DNA of 63,997 nt, filler included, from Octopus bimaculoides (lineage: Eukaryota): the NCBI RefSeq assembly GCF_001194135.2. It is 4 parts of 4 records of this genome, joined end to end, with 100 filler letters (N's around TTAATTAATTAA, not from the genome) between each part and the next. Parts side by side here need not be neighbours in the genome. Positions count along the whole stretch, not along the records: positions 39,124 to 51,907 come from NC_069000.1; positions 52,008 to 63,997 come from NC_068997.1; 2 more parts are not named here. The stretch is one strand, 5' to 3'. The notes under the pieces were generated by a model. That model was not told the origin of the DNA. It saw only the letters and a program-made list of their open reading frames with translations, and searched no databases. The translations under genes were made by a program, and so were the position numbers. Below, one piece after another: positions 50,922 to 63,997 of the stretch; the stretch's first letter is position 1, and every line of letters starts with the position of its first letter.

Positions 50922-53589
50922 TAAACGTGTATGTATTTTTTACTTGTTTCAGCCATTAGATTGCGTTTGTACGTAAATATATACATATGTATACATACAT
51001 ATAGATATATTAATATATACTCATACACACACATACATCCACACACACACACACACACACACGATGAGACTTGTTCACAATCTCTGTTTACCAAATTCTA
51101 TTCACAGCCACTTACCCCCCCCCCCCCCNNNNNNNNNNNNNNNNNNNNNNNNNNNNNNNNNNNNNNNNNNNNNNNNNNNNNNNTGCAATCTACGGTGGCA
51201 GACATGTCTAGGTTACCTTGCACTGCAGTCGAACCTGAAATTTCGTGATTGCAATGCAATCATCTTAACAACCAAATTATGCCGACCACCAGTAACTTAA
51301 CGCCGTTGCCCGGTTTCGCAAATCCCTTGATCCAGGGATTATCAAGGATATTTCATTGAGATCATCTGTGGATTTCGACAACAGGCAGCAGCTGCTCTGC
51401 TTATCGGTCGTGGTTCTGGCTGGAGATATTGGTCTTCCGGAAAATTGGAATGTTTATGACGTATTGGATTTTTTCTTCTTTGAGTAGACGACAAGATAAG
51501 GATCTCACTCGCATACATACATACATACATACATACATACATGCATGCATACATACGCACATACATACTTATATGCATGCATACGTACATATATGCATAC
51601 GTACGTACGTACATACATGTATGCATATATACATGTATGCATACATACGTACATACATCCATATATATATTATATATATACATTCTTACAAGCATACATA
51701 CACGTTTATACATGCATATATATATACAGGATATATGTATGTATGTATGCATAGATATGTATATACATACGTATGTACATACACACGTCTATATATATTT
51801 TTAGACGGTAGACCATGTTGGACCAATGAACTCAACACGTTGTTCTTTTCTTTTTTCATTCTCTCTATTTATTTTCTCTTATTCGTTTCTCTGGAAGAGT
51901 GTAGGCTNNNNNNNNNNNNNNNNNNNNNNNNNNNNNNNNNNNNNNNNNNNNTTAATTAATTAANNNNNNNNNNNNNNNNNNNNNNNNNNNNNNNNNNNNN
52001 NNNNNNNTATATGTATACACGTACATATATATTCATATATACGCGTGCGTCTAAGGGTATATATATACTAAGGAGAAGAAAAAACTGAATAGATTAAAAG
52101 TGAAAGCGATGTAAGATCTCAATCAGTGTTATTATTTTGACCTTCAGAGAAAGGGTAAATGTTAATCATTATAACAACATTATCTCCGTACATAATCTTT
52201 CATTGGATATGTGTGGAGAATGGAAAAATGCATGGTAGGTAAGGAGAAACTTGAAAATGAAAACATTTAAACGTGCACTACAAACATTTCGCCGTAGATA
52301 GATAAATAGACAGACAGATAGACATAATATATATATGTGTGTGTGTGTGGGGGGTATAGATAGATAACGCTGATGAAAACACATACATGTTTGACTGAAA
52401 CTTCTCAACAGTCAATAGAAAGTTTTGTTAATGCAAATAATGTACATCTTCAGAGACGCATGAAATCTGCAAGAGACACCTAAAAAAATGTGGGAAATTG
52501 CAAAGTATTGAAATATGTTAAATCAGTTAGACTACGTAGTAACTGCATATTACTACAGATAATACTTAGTTGGATGTTCCAAAAATATTCTATTCACACA
52601 GAAAATATGCCACTCCTGAGATAAGATATTCTGCTCCTGTTGTCTCGGTTGTAACATTCACAATAGATTCTTATCAAACATAAACCGGATTGGCGTTGGA
52701 TTATCATATTACTATTTTTCATTCCATCTTACACTAGTTTCCTCTGCTTTCGTTGTCTTTTCTAGAATATTCACACCTATAGCTTCCATCAAATCAACCA
52801 CCAACTTTCCGGAGCTTCCTTTTTCAATTATTAATATCATTCACGTCTTCTAAGCCATTGTGCACAATTACGTTTGTCGCATTTGTTTTCTATATGTATA
52901 TTTCGTAATAATTGCCGATGCAGATAATTTTGTTCTTGCGTTTAGAATTGGTGAAGTTACTGTTCATGTCGGTGGTGTAACGCAGGATGGCGCTGAGACG
53001 GAAAGTTATTATTGATGGCATATTTGTTGTTATTGCTATTAGGAATCGAATATTGTACTCAGTATCACTTGTTATTGACTCCTCACAGCTTTTGTAAGCG
53101 GTCGCAAGAAATCGATACCACATTTTCAACGATTTGTAATGAGCCGAACGTTGATTTTAGAGTTGCTGTTTTGTCAGTGTTCTCTCTTGAAATATGTTAT
53201 ACGCTGGTGGTGTATGGATGAATATGAGAGTGATTTGCGTAAAAGTATTTCACAGTGAAGGGAATTACCATCGTCGAATTAAATATATGAGTATTTTAAT
53301 ATGCCAATCTACAAAAATAGCTAATCCATGAAGCACACATACGTATATACATATGCAAAGCGGTGCACACTTACAAACATATATATTATAAATACAGAAT
53401 ATATGCATATATACGCATGCACGTACGGATATAGATATAGAAATATGTAAAAGTTTGATCGCTTCATGTATTGGCATGCTGATATGGAGATATATTTAAA
53501 CAGCAGAGGAGTGAAAGTTAAGGAGAGAAATAAGTGGATGGGGAAAAAGGTATTACACATATACAGACATATATATAGGTATATATGTA

Positions 53590-53667
<78 letters not shown>

Positions 53668-54224
53668 ATATATATATATATATATATATATTATTATTAT
53701 TATTATTATTATTATGGATAGACAATTGTTGATGCAAAAATATTAGATACGATTCACAAAGGAACAGATGTATTTCTATAAGTAAATAAATAAAGATGGG
53801 TATTGTGTAATAGTGACATTAGTTTTGGGGAACAGAGTTTTGAAAGCTATTTTGATAGAGATAGGGAGCTGTTGAATGGTAGTGCTACTCAAATATTTGC
53901 TTCCCATAATCAGCGACGATCTTTATTTAATACTTCTTTATAATGACTATAAATATCTGCGTTTAGTTTTTACTAATCCTTCTTTTTTTTCTTTTTTTTT
54001 TCTTCTCTCTCGCCTTCATCCACCACAGATTTATCATGCTGATATTATTAATATTCACGCGTGCACATTTTGCAAGTTCTTTCCATCTCCACACATACAT
54101 TCACATGAGTTGACACAAACCACACGTATGGAATAAAATTATACATATCCGTCCATCCATACATACGCAATNNNNNNNNNNTATATATATACATATATAT
54201 ATACAGACAGACAGACAGATAGCC

Positions 54225-54255
<31 letters not shown>

Positions 54256-54441
54256 GGTGTGTGGGTGTGAGTGTTTTGAATGGGCTGCAAATATAAATCG
54301 CTATCCCTGCTAATACCGCAAACTATAGAGTAAAATGCGGATATATTCTGCATCTAAAAGCATGTTAATATGCATATCCTTCCTGTCTATGAATGCATGC
54401 GTGTGTTAATGTATATGCATATTTGCAATACATGGTTGCAG

Positions 54442-54515
<74 letters not shown>

Positions 54516-55136
54516 GTAATTTTAGAAGAAAATATTCCTTTGCATAATGGTTATAACGCATTTCCATATCATTTCCATGTCCATAGAAATTTTATTTGCT
54601 TTCTAGTTATTAGTTTTCGTTTTCGTTTTCCCTATCTTCATTTTGCATAGGTCCTCTGTTTCATATTTATACGAATCCTTTTCTTCACGACGCATTTCTT
54701 GGACACGTTCATTCAATAAATCCTTGAGGAATAATTCTAAACTTCAATGATGTTTATAAAGACCAGGCTCCTCTTTTATCAATCACACTTAATACAACAC
54801 AATTTCATGTGACATTAAGAAAATGGGCTTCGTTTACTGATACACACAAAAACGTTTTTTTCCCTTTCTCTATTTCATACGCATACACTCACAGGAACAT
54901 GCACAAACACACACAGACGCATCCACCTACACACACACACACACACACACATATGTGTATGCGTAAGAGTGTATCAAACCAAGTATATAATCTATACATA
55001 TATATCTCAACATTTCTCACTCATATCCTTCTTCAATATATTTCTATTTATCTAAAAATCTATCGATCTGATTATCTATCTATCTATTGATCGATCGATC
55101 TATCTATCTGCCTATCTATCTATCTATGTATCTGTC

Positions 55137-55167
<31 letters not shown>

Positions 55168-55272
55168 CTATTTATCTATTTATCTATATATTTGTCTATT
55201 TATTTATCTATCATTCCATCTTTCTATGTATTTATCTGTTTATCCATCTCCCTATGTATTTATATCCCTATG

Positions 55273-55417
<145 letters not shown>

Positions 55418-55619
55418 CTATCTATCTATCTATATATTTATATACATATATGTGTGTGTCTGTGTGTGTGTGTGTGTGTGTATGTATATATATGTATATG
55501 CGAGGAGCTTAGGCGTGTCTGTGATTATATATATATGCATGTGAGAGCGCGCGTGTGTGTATGCAAGTGTATGCATTCCAATATTCAACTTGCAAATAGT
55601 TACATTACATGAAATAAAT

Positions 55620-55776
55620 CAGGCGTGGCTGTGTGGTAAGAAGCTTACTTCCCAACTGCATGCTTCTAGGTTCAGCTTCACTGTGTGGCACTTTGGGACA
55701 GTATCTTCTACTATGGCCTCGGGCCAACCAATATCTTGTGAGTTGATTTGGTAGACGGAAATTAAGAGAAGCCAGT

Positions 55777-55834
<58 letters not shown>

Positions 55835-55861
55835 NNNNNNNNNNNNNNNNNNNNNNNNNNN

Positions 55862-55910
<49 letters not shown>

Positions 55911-56090
55911 ATATTTGTACCTGTGTTTCTTCCCCCGTCCATCGCTTGATAACCGATGTCGGTTTGTTTATGCATCCGTAACGTAGCGGTTCGGAAAAAG
56001 AGACCGATAGATTAAGTACTAGATTTACAAAGGATTATCCCGGTGCCGATTTGTTCGACTGAAGGTGGTGCTTCAGAATGGCCACAGTAA
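55620..56090 (+). mobile_element. SINE family A, diverged full-length copy
   Basis: gcgtggctgtgtggtaagaagc head, internal (CA)n/(TA)n tract, and tail gaaggtggtgcttcagaatggccacag. Confidence 0.8.
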
Positions 56091-57204
56091 AAAAAATTCG
56101 AAACAAAAGAATTACATATGTGTATGCGTGCGTGAATTTTTGTGTATGTGTGTGTGTGCTTTCATATATACACACATGTAAATATTCTCATGCGCACATA
56201 TTCAGACATAAATATGTTTGCATGTATATATATTTACGTATTTATATATTCAGAGAGGTATCTGTGTTTGTGACGGATGGTTTTGTGTGTGTGTGTGTTC
56301 GTTTATGGTTGTAACTTTTATGTGTTCGTTTTATGGTTGTAACTTTTGTAGACATAGGCTACATTCCAAAACATAAACGGTGCTTCACGTACTTAGTCCC
56401 TTGTGCTATTACGTCGAGCTGATTTTCAGATAATACTGTTCTATTCTTACCATCGGTAATGCACTGGCTCGCATAATGTCTATCAGTGACCTATAAATCC
56501 GCCCAAATTATTTCACTAAAATTTTCAGTTGAAAATTCTTCTAAAAATTGTTTAAGTTAACTGTGCTGATTTCCAGCACCAGTCTTTGCGTATATTATTT
56601 GAGTTTTATGTATATATTTAGTTTTTTAACCTTTTCGTTAATGAATGTTCCAATTCAGAAGAAAATTCTCTTTCAACAACAAATATGTGTATATCAAAAT
56701 ATACCTTACAAGAGACAATGTATATCTACCCACATCTAGCATATTTTATAGGCAATTTCAACAGCACATCTTGCAGTTCAAGTCGGAGTTTTAGTTGTAA
56801 AACTAACTGAACACTCGTAATATATACCTTTTACGTTACGTCAGTTGAACAGTTTTTGTATATCTTCATCTGCTAATGCTCTTTCATGATTATATGGAAA
56901 ATATAATGTCGCTACTATCAAATGTTGATTAATAAGAGCTTTATGTTCGTCTGTGTTTACTAAGCACTAAAACATATTCAGCCATGTCTTCTGTGTAGAT
57001 TAATCTGCAGCTCCCTGGTGTCTTTTTTTTTTTTTTTATAAAATTGCTACATATGATAATTCATATCAATTTTGTGTCATTTTACAGCAAACAAGTTGTA
57101 ATAGCTTTAAATGAGTATAGATTTGTGTTGAAATTCTTAAAACAAAATAATTCATTTCTTTAAATAACTGTAACAGCGCTTATATTTTAATACTCGCATC
57201 TTGT

Positions 57205-58085
57205 AAGCTGACAGAATTGTTAAAGTGCCAGAAGAAGTGTCGCTAAGTATTTCTTCCGACATTTCTTCCGAATTTACGTTCTGAGTTCAAATACCGCCAA
57301 GGTGGACTTTTCCTTTCGTCATGTCGGAGTCGATAAAATAAGTATCGTTTGAGAGCTGGGATCGATATAATCGAATTATGCCCTCCTCCGAAATCGGTAG
57401 ATTTGTGCTAAAATTTAACAGTCACTTTTAAGGCCGCGAGCTGGCAAAATCGTTAGCATGCCGGATATAATGTTTAGCGTTATTTCGTCTGTCTTCACAG
57501 TATGAGTTCAAATTACGTCATGCTGAACTTTGACTTTGACTTTGATTCTCTCACAGTCTAAGTACCAACTAACTAAAAGGTCCAAATAATCGATATAGCG
57601 TGCCAATATTTGAAATCAGTAATCCCATCTTTAATTAATCTACATGTAGAGTTCTGTTACCATTCTGCCTCAGAGGAGATTGTTTTGTGGTTTACAAGCA
57701 GTCCATCAAGAACAAAGATTGGTAAAAAATAAATATTCTAAGACTACACAATGTGTTCCCTTTTTAGTTCTAATATCAATTACATTAATTTGACCACGAT
57801 TTTATTGAAGAATTATTTACTTTTAGCACATTTACACATTAACCAATTCTGTTGTACGACAAAATGTATATTATATACAAATATTGTTCCTAATTTCCAA
57901 CAAGGTCAGTAATGTTGAAGGGAGTTGGTAATGAATTATATCAATCGCAGTTTTCTACTGTCAGTTTATATTTATCGATCCCGAAAGGAACAATGGACCT
58001 CGGTAAGATTTGAAAGCAGAACGTAAATAGCCGAATGAAATATCGCTAACCATGTTGCCTCACATCCTAACTATTCTGGCAGCTC
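57205..58085. mobile_element. Cluster of three SINE-B copies (+57205-57420, +57430-57620, -57895-58085)
   Basis: Repeated ttctgagttcaaat / tatgagttcaaatt and gatataatcg motifs; the third copy is reverse-complemented (atttgaaagcagaacg). Confidence 0.65.
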
Positions 58086-60113
58086 ACTTCCTTCCTCTGT
58101 TATGCAAATATTCCGTAGGGTGAGAGAAAACTGTCTACCTATGTGAAAGATGTGCAGATACGGTTGCACCTCGCTTACAAAAACAACGAAACATCATATT
58201 GTTTTAATTCAAAGTTATTCATTTTTTGTCTGCATGGGTTACACTGATTTCAAATATACCACCGTATTTGTCGTATTAACTTTTGTTTGCGAGGTAACGT
58301 ATCCTCAATCATATGCTAATGCAAACAGTCGTGCACATAAAATATTTGAGACTAATGTGAAATTTGAATTATTCATATCAATCTGAGGAATAATATCGAA
58401 AAACATCTGAAGGGAAAGTTTGGCTGAGTCAGAGTTACTAGTTCCGTCACTCAAAAAGGAAGAGACATGCGTTTTTACGCAGTAAATTTGAACTCTTTAA
58501 ATTCATTGAATAAACGAGACCTTGCACATTTAGCTATTATATTTGAAAATTCATTGCATGTTAATAAATATTAGGTTCCTTTCATCAGCAAACAGATATC
58601 AGCCTCATGTTTGAATTTTCCGCAATCTTGGCTGCGTGTTTGTTTTGTTAACTCCGCTGACACAAATTTATTTAAAAACAATTACGAAATTGCATTTAAA
58701 TTAGTTTTCCGTATTTTATTTTTGTCTATTTAAAATAACTCACGTCAAAAGTTTGATTTGTTTATTGTGATTTCTAATTTTAATGCGGCTTAATAAATAA
58801 ACATTTGGAACAAAACCTAATAGTTTCTAGCTAGTCAAGTTAGTTTTCACTTGTATAAAATTTATTACTGTGGCGGTGTAATATGTGCATTTTGGTACAT
58901 ATCTTTTTTTTTTTTTAATTTAATTTTAAAATAATTTCTATGTATATAATGATATAATTTATACGTTTTTGTGTAAAACTGTTGTTGAGAATTTCTCATT
59001 GCAAATCAAAAGCATATATATTCTATAAACATTAGAAATAGACTTTTTTTTTAAAATAATTGTATGGCAGTTGGTAACACAGACGTAATCTAAGTTTTAA
59101 ATGTTAAATGTTAAAAACTATATAAACAGAGTTGTTTTGTTTACACGCTCTGGGATTAATAATGTTTTCAATATTGGCACAATCAAAAGCTCATTATATT
59201 GACTAATTTATCATAGTATGGACTGTTACAAATGGTTAAATTTCGGAAGGTTCCGTACTGTAAAATTGATATTGAAAGCACATTCAGCTATCTTGTTAAT
59301 TTGATCCCCACGGAAGAATCTAACAATTTGCGAGGTTATTTCTCACTTAAATTACACATAAAGAGGAATATTTCGCCTTTGAAAGATTTCTATTTCCTTA
59401 GACATCAACCAAATTATGTTCTGCTACTTGCAATCTCTGTTCGCTAATGCTTTTCATTATCTCTCTTTCTGTGACTAGAATAAATTCTGCTTCTTGATTA
59501 CATACGGATATGTTAAGAAATAGTTCGGGCCCACGGTATAATTTTGGTCTAGATATAAAAACATGGGGTTATCATAATTGGAATGCATTTTACAATGATT
59601 CTGACTAATAAGGACAAGCATGCGCCTAACACCCACATCAACATCAGAAACAATAACAATAAATGTATAACAACGTGCATAGCGACAACTAGTGTTGATG
59701 TTTGTTGTGTGCCTCAACTACTCTTACGCATTTCTATTCTGTCACAAACACTTTCCTTGAATGATTCACATCAAAGGTATTTCTTTGTTGATTTCATGAA
59801 ACGCAACATATTTTTCAACTGCCAAAGACACGCATAAAAGAACATTTAAACTGAAATTACATTACGATCCTAAAGATCCTAAACAGAAACAAAAAAAAAT
59901 AAAAGTCCTGTCTTGTATATGCATACATGTACATACACACGCACATACACACACATACACATACATGTTTGATAAATTCCAACTCAGGGACTCTCAACCT
60001 TGAGTCACTGTGTTGTTTCTAAATATTAATAAGAATATACATAAATTGACATTTTGAGTTCTATTTTTTCTGTTTACTTCACCATACCTATGCGTATGTG
60101 TGTGTGTGTGTGT

Positions 60114-60158
<45 letters not shown>

Positions 60159-61393
60159 AGTATTCAGTTTATTTCAAGATTTCTTGCCAATGGATAACGA
60201 ACCGGCCCCTTCATTGCAATTTCAACATCAACAACAGGGCATTTTACTTTGTATGTATGTATGTATGTATGTATGTATGTATGTATGTATGTATGCATGC
60301 ATGCATGTATGTATGTATGCATGTATGTATGTGCAGATATGTATGTTTTATGTATTGTCATGCATATAGTTGCATAAATATTTAGATGATAATCTTCTGG
60401 AAAGTTTTACAGATTTTTAGTTCCAGTGATCGATTGGATCTGTAGTCTTCGAATTAGCTTTCTCCTGTATGTATGTATGTATTTATGTATGTATGTATGT
60501 ATGTATGTATGTATGTATGTATGTATCTATGCATGTATCTACGCATGCACGCGTATACTATGCGCACGCATGTGTTTCTATTCTGAATGCAATCGTTTCC
60601 GCAGCTCTTTAGATAATAAATACTATAAATACAAGGTCCAGTATTAATTTGATACAATTGAAAACTCATGGGTCGGTGGATTGCCACAATCACTCTAGTG
60701 GTGTAATATATGACGTGCAGTATTTACTTATATTTTGCATGATTCCAACACTCAGGCCTCGAGAATTCAAATAAGGGTATAAACTTTTATCTGAATTATT
60801 TGAATTTAATGCATGAAAATATATAATTTAATGTTTTGCTATCATTTATTATGACGCTTTTCTTTTAGCCTTAAAAACGTTGAATCATATAAATAGTTGA
60901 AAACTGTATATCTTATGGTTTGTTTATGTTTTAATTCACAGATAATATCAAATTATATGAACTTATGTCGAAATACTGCTTGGATATATATAGCTAAGGA
61001 GCCGATATCACTTTCTCAAACCATAACCAATTTCATGTGATAACACGGTTGGTACAGTTATATTATCCCCATTAAGCGTCAAAACTCGTCTAATATCATT
61101 TGCATTTTTTTACAGATATATTCATAAAGTGCCTCATTGTAATATAATGGACTTATGAAGTTCTTGAGATAAAAAAAAACATTTCAGAGTTCGTTATTTT
61201 TTTCACAGTTTAAGTATTATGAAAATGGGACATTCATAAATGATAAAATATTTATTTAAAAATATTATAGCCAATGTTCTCAAAGACAAAAAATAATAAA
61301 TCGGTTACCAGGAGCTGTATTTCTGCGAAATTAAGAATTATACTATTCGTTAAGCATGGTTGAAGGAGGAAGATTACGTGGAGACATTCATGA

Positions 61394-61394
<1 letters not shown>

Positions 61395-61447
<53 letters not shown>

Positions 61448-61479
61448 TAATAATGATGATAATAATAATAATAATAATG

Positions 61480-61557
<78 letters not shown>

Positions 61558-61558
61558 G
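61395..61558 (+). repeat. (AAT)n microsatellite with GAT variants
   Basis: Directly visible. Other (AAT/ATT)n tracts are at ~25682-25750, 28390-28440, 28590-28660, 50590-50660 and 63896-63997. Confidence 0.95.
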
Positions 61559-62494
61559 CAAGAACACCAACATGAAGAGGGGACAAGAAGAAAGAGAAAG
61601 AAGAAGAGGAGGGGAAACAATAGAAGAAATAAGCGGAGGATCAACAAAAGAAAAAGGAAATGATAAAAGGTAGTGATATTAATTACTTATTTTTAAGGTT
61701 GTTTATTAACAATCTACACAGATGAAGGCGGTGAAATCTTGGTAATGGTAGAGTTGAGGATACAATAGGTTGTTGGTTTTAACTTTTTATACACTCCTAC
61801 TTAAATGTAGGCCTGGGTATGCTTAACATTTGCGGTGTGAATGTACTGAACTTCCTGGAATTAACTGCACCGCTTCCAGTTGTATTGAACCATGTATTAA
61901 TGCAAAAAATGAGTAAATTAGAGAAGTGGCCAACTAAGATAAAATACAAAATATTTCGAATACTATGATTATAGCCACAGCCTCAGGGCTGAAACATATA
62001 AAAGACTAAAAAACTAAACCAATGAGAAGAATAAGTTTCTGTCTATGTGGTGTGGTGAGCTTCGAAACGCTTAGTTTTAGAATGGTGGCAGCTGATGAAG
62101 GAAATGTACTCTATGTGGCCTGTGTGTTTTCTGTACTCCGTTTTTCATTTTGTCCACGTTTTTTTGCAACGTCCTGTACCCAGATATGCATCTATATATA
62201 CATGTAGATGTAGGTATAAAAAGAGAGACAAAAATCAAAATGCAAATTACAAATACAAAAGCCAAGCAAAATGTCCAGTAAACTATAAAATATAATTCTA
62301 CGTTCACCGTCAACTTATTGGAAAGAAAACGAAAAAGAAAATACATAGATCGATGTATGTAGTTATTTATGCATATACCTTCATATAAATACGGCTCAAT
62401 ACGTTTAACCATGTATGTATGTGTAAAAAAACAGGACTTTATTAAGAAATTCAAACCCACTCTTAACAAACAATGATTAAATGCAACTTACTTG

Positions 62495-62711
62495 GGGTTT
62501 AAAAATCTTATCCCTGTCACCAAAACACAAAAAATCTCTCAGATATCATCATTTCTATAAATAGATTTGGCATCATTTCTAAGAACAGCCAAACACCTAC
62601 TGTGGTTTAAAAATCTTATCCCTACAACCCACACAAAACAATAAATTAAAATATCATCATGTCTAAAAATAGATTTAACATCAATTCTAAAAATAGCCAG
62701 ACACCTACTGC
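62495..62711 (+). repeat. Two diverged tandem units of 108 bp
   Basis: ggtttaaaaatcttatccct at 62496 and 62604; both units end in agcca(a/g)acacctactg. Confidence 0.85.
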
Positions 62712-62785
62712 TGCCATCCAAAGGAATTGGTATAAAAGACAGAAAACCAGCCAACTTATTACAGTCTGTTAAAGACTGTCATACC

Positions 62786-62825
62786 GGCCATGACGAAGGG
62801 AAATAGCCCTGAAACTCGAGTCGCC
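62786..62825 (+). ncRNA. Minimal type I hammerhead motif with 1-nt insertion in core
   Basis: ggc-C[a]TGACGA-aggg-aaatag-ccct-GAAA-c-tcga-g-TC-gcc. 4-bp stem II, palindrome ACTCGAGT, GUC triplet. Preceded by a 7-bp hairpin acagtct/agactgt (62761-62779). Confidence 0.65.
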
Positions 62826-63894
62826 TTTATATATTTATATTTATATATTTATNNNNNNNNNNNNNNNNNNNNNNNNNNNNNNNNNNNNNNNNNNNNNNNN
62901 NNNNNNNNNNNNNNNNNNNNNNNNNNNNNNNNNNNNNNNNNNNNNNNNNNNNNNNNNNNNNNNNNNNNNNNNNNNNNNNNNNNNNNNNNNNNNNNNNNNN
63001 NNNNNNNNNNNNNNNNNNNNNNNNNNNNNNNNNNNNNNNNNNNNNNNNNNNNNNNNNNNNNNNNNNNNNNNNNNNNNNNNNNNNNNNNNNNNNNNNNNNN
63101 NNNNNNNNNNNNNNNNNNNNNNNNNNNNNNNNNNNNNNNNNNNNNNNNNNNNNNNNNNNNNNNNNNNNNNNNNNNNNNNNNNNNNNNNNNNNNNNNNNNN
63201 NNNNNNNNNNNNNNNNNNNNNNNNNNNNNNNNNNNNNNNNNNNNNNNNNNNNNNNNNNNNNNNNNNNNNNNNNNNNNNTATATATATATATATATGTATA
63301 TATATATGTACGTGTGTATGTGTATGTTACGTGGCATCTCTTAGGAAGATATACACTGGATTAATTGTCAATATAAATGTTTTCACCAGTGATTTCCAGA
63401 TATCATCTTGTATTTGTTTTAACGAAGCAACACACTGTATCAAAAATTACCTGAGAGTGTTGCTTCGTTATTGCAATGTCACTCGTAACACTTTTGTATC
63501 TCGACTATCTATACACATATCGACTTTGAATGTATGCTGCGACAGACCAAACAGGAAACTAGATTCCCGTCAAAACCTTTCTTTAGAACTGAAGTGCTGG
63601 AAGATCTCTTATTATTGTTCCTATTATAATTTGATTAAATTTCTCAGTCTCATATTCAAATAGAGGAGAAAATATATGTATAAAGTAGGCTTTCACTTTT
63701 TCTTTACTGTTTCGGTGTGTTATCTTTTGTTACGAGGTTAGCAATACAGAAAACATATATGTGTGTGTGCGTATGTGTGCGCGTGTTTGAAGTATGGTGT
63801 GTGTTTGTGTGTGCATAATATAGATGTTTGTTTGTGTGCCGGTGTGTGAATGTCTGTATTTATGTATCTATGTATCTATGTATATATGTGTCCA

Positions 63895-63997
<103 letters not shown>

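Larger units (their letters stand above)
62270..62830 (+). mobile_element. 3' end of a Penelope-like element (GIY-YIG C-terminus, tandem repeat, HHR)
   Basis: Frameshifted remnants YVHRQLI, YIDRC, IPSYK and KQDFIKKFKPTLNKQ* (stop at 62474-62476) resemble the PLE endonuclease C-terminal 'E..FI.K.KP.LN' motif. A 108-bp tandem duplication and an HHR follow. Confidence 0.6.

Noticed and set aside
51299-51485. 62-codon protein-like open frame (AVARFRKSLDPGIIKDISL...)
   Set aside because: There is no start codon or convincing splice sites, and no recognisable homology.
52367-52410. CTGATGA...GAAA motif
   Set aside because: There is no cleavage triplet with matching stem III or stem I.
62042-62120. 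Permuted HHR halves (ttcGAAAcgctta ... CTGATGAaggaa) with a repeated tctatgtgg
   Set aside because: No stem I can be formed in either the type II or the circularly permuted arrangement.

Overview
Eukaryotic, repeat-dominated, mostly non-coding DNA with many N gaps. The dense (CA/TA/GA/GATA/TACA/AAT) microsatellites and the tRNA-derived SINE families look like an octopus (cephalopod) scaffold; this is an inference from repeat style. I cannot support any intact protein-coding gene: nearly all ORFs in the track are microsatellite or N-gap read-throughs. Recognisable content is two abundant SINE families, an RTE-like tail repeat, degraded CR1-type LINE pieces, a mariner fragment, a Chapaev3-like transposase fragment, and two clear plus one tentative Penelope-like element (PLE) remnants. 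The most interesting signal is seven hand-folded minimal type I hammerhead ribozyme (HHR) motifs. Two are canonical (15535-15577, 16323-16382) and one has a 1-nt core insertion at a PLE 3' end (62786-62825). An inverted pair shares a U3-A8 core (6241-6281, 6555-6595). Two copies with a U6 core sit in a ~200-nt repeat embedded in (TA)n tracts (26097-26132, 49538-49574). All folds and alignments were done by eye; none were checked by search or assay.
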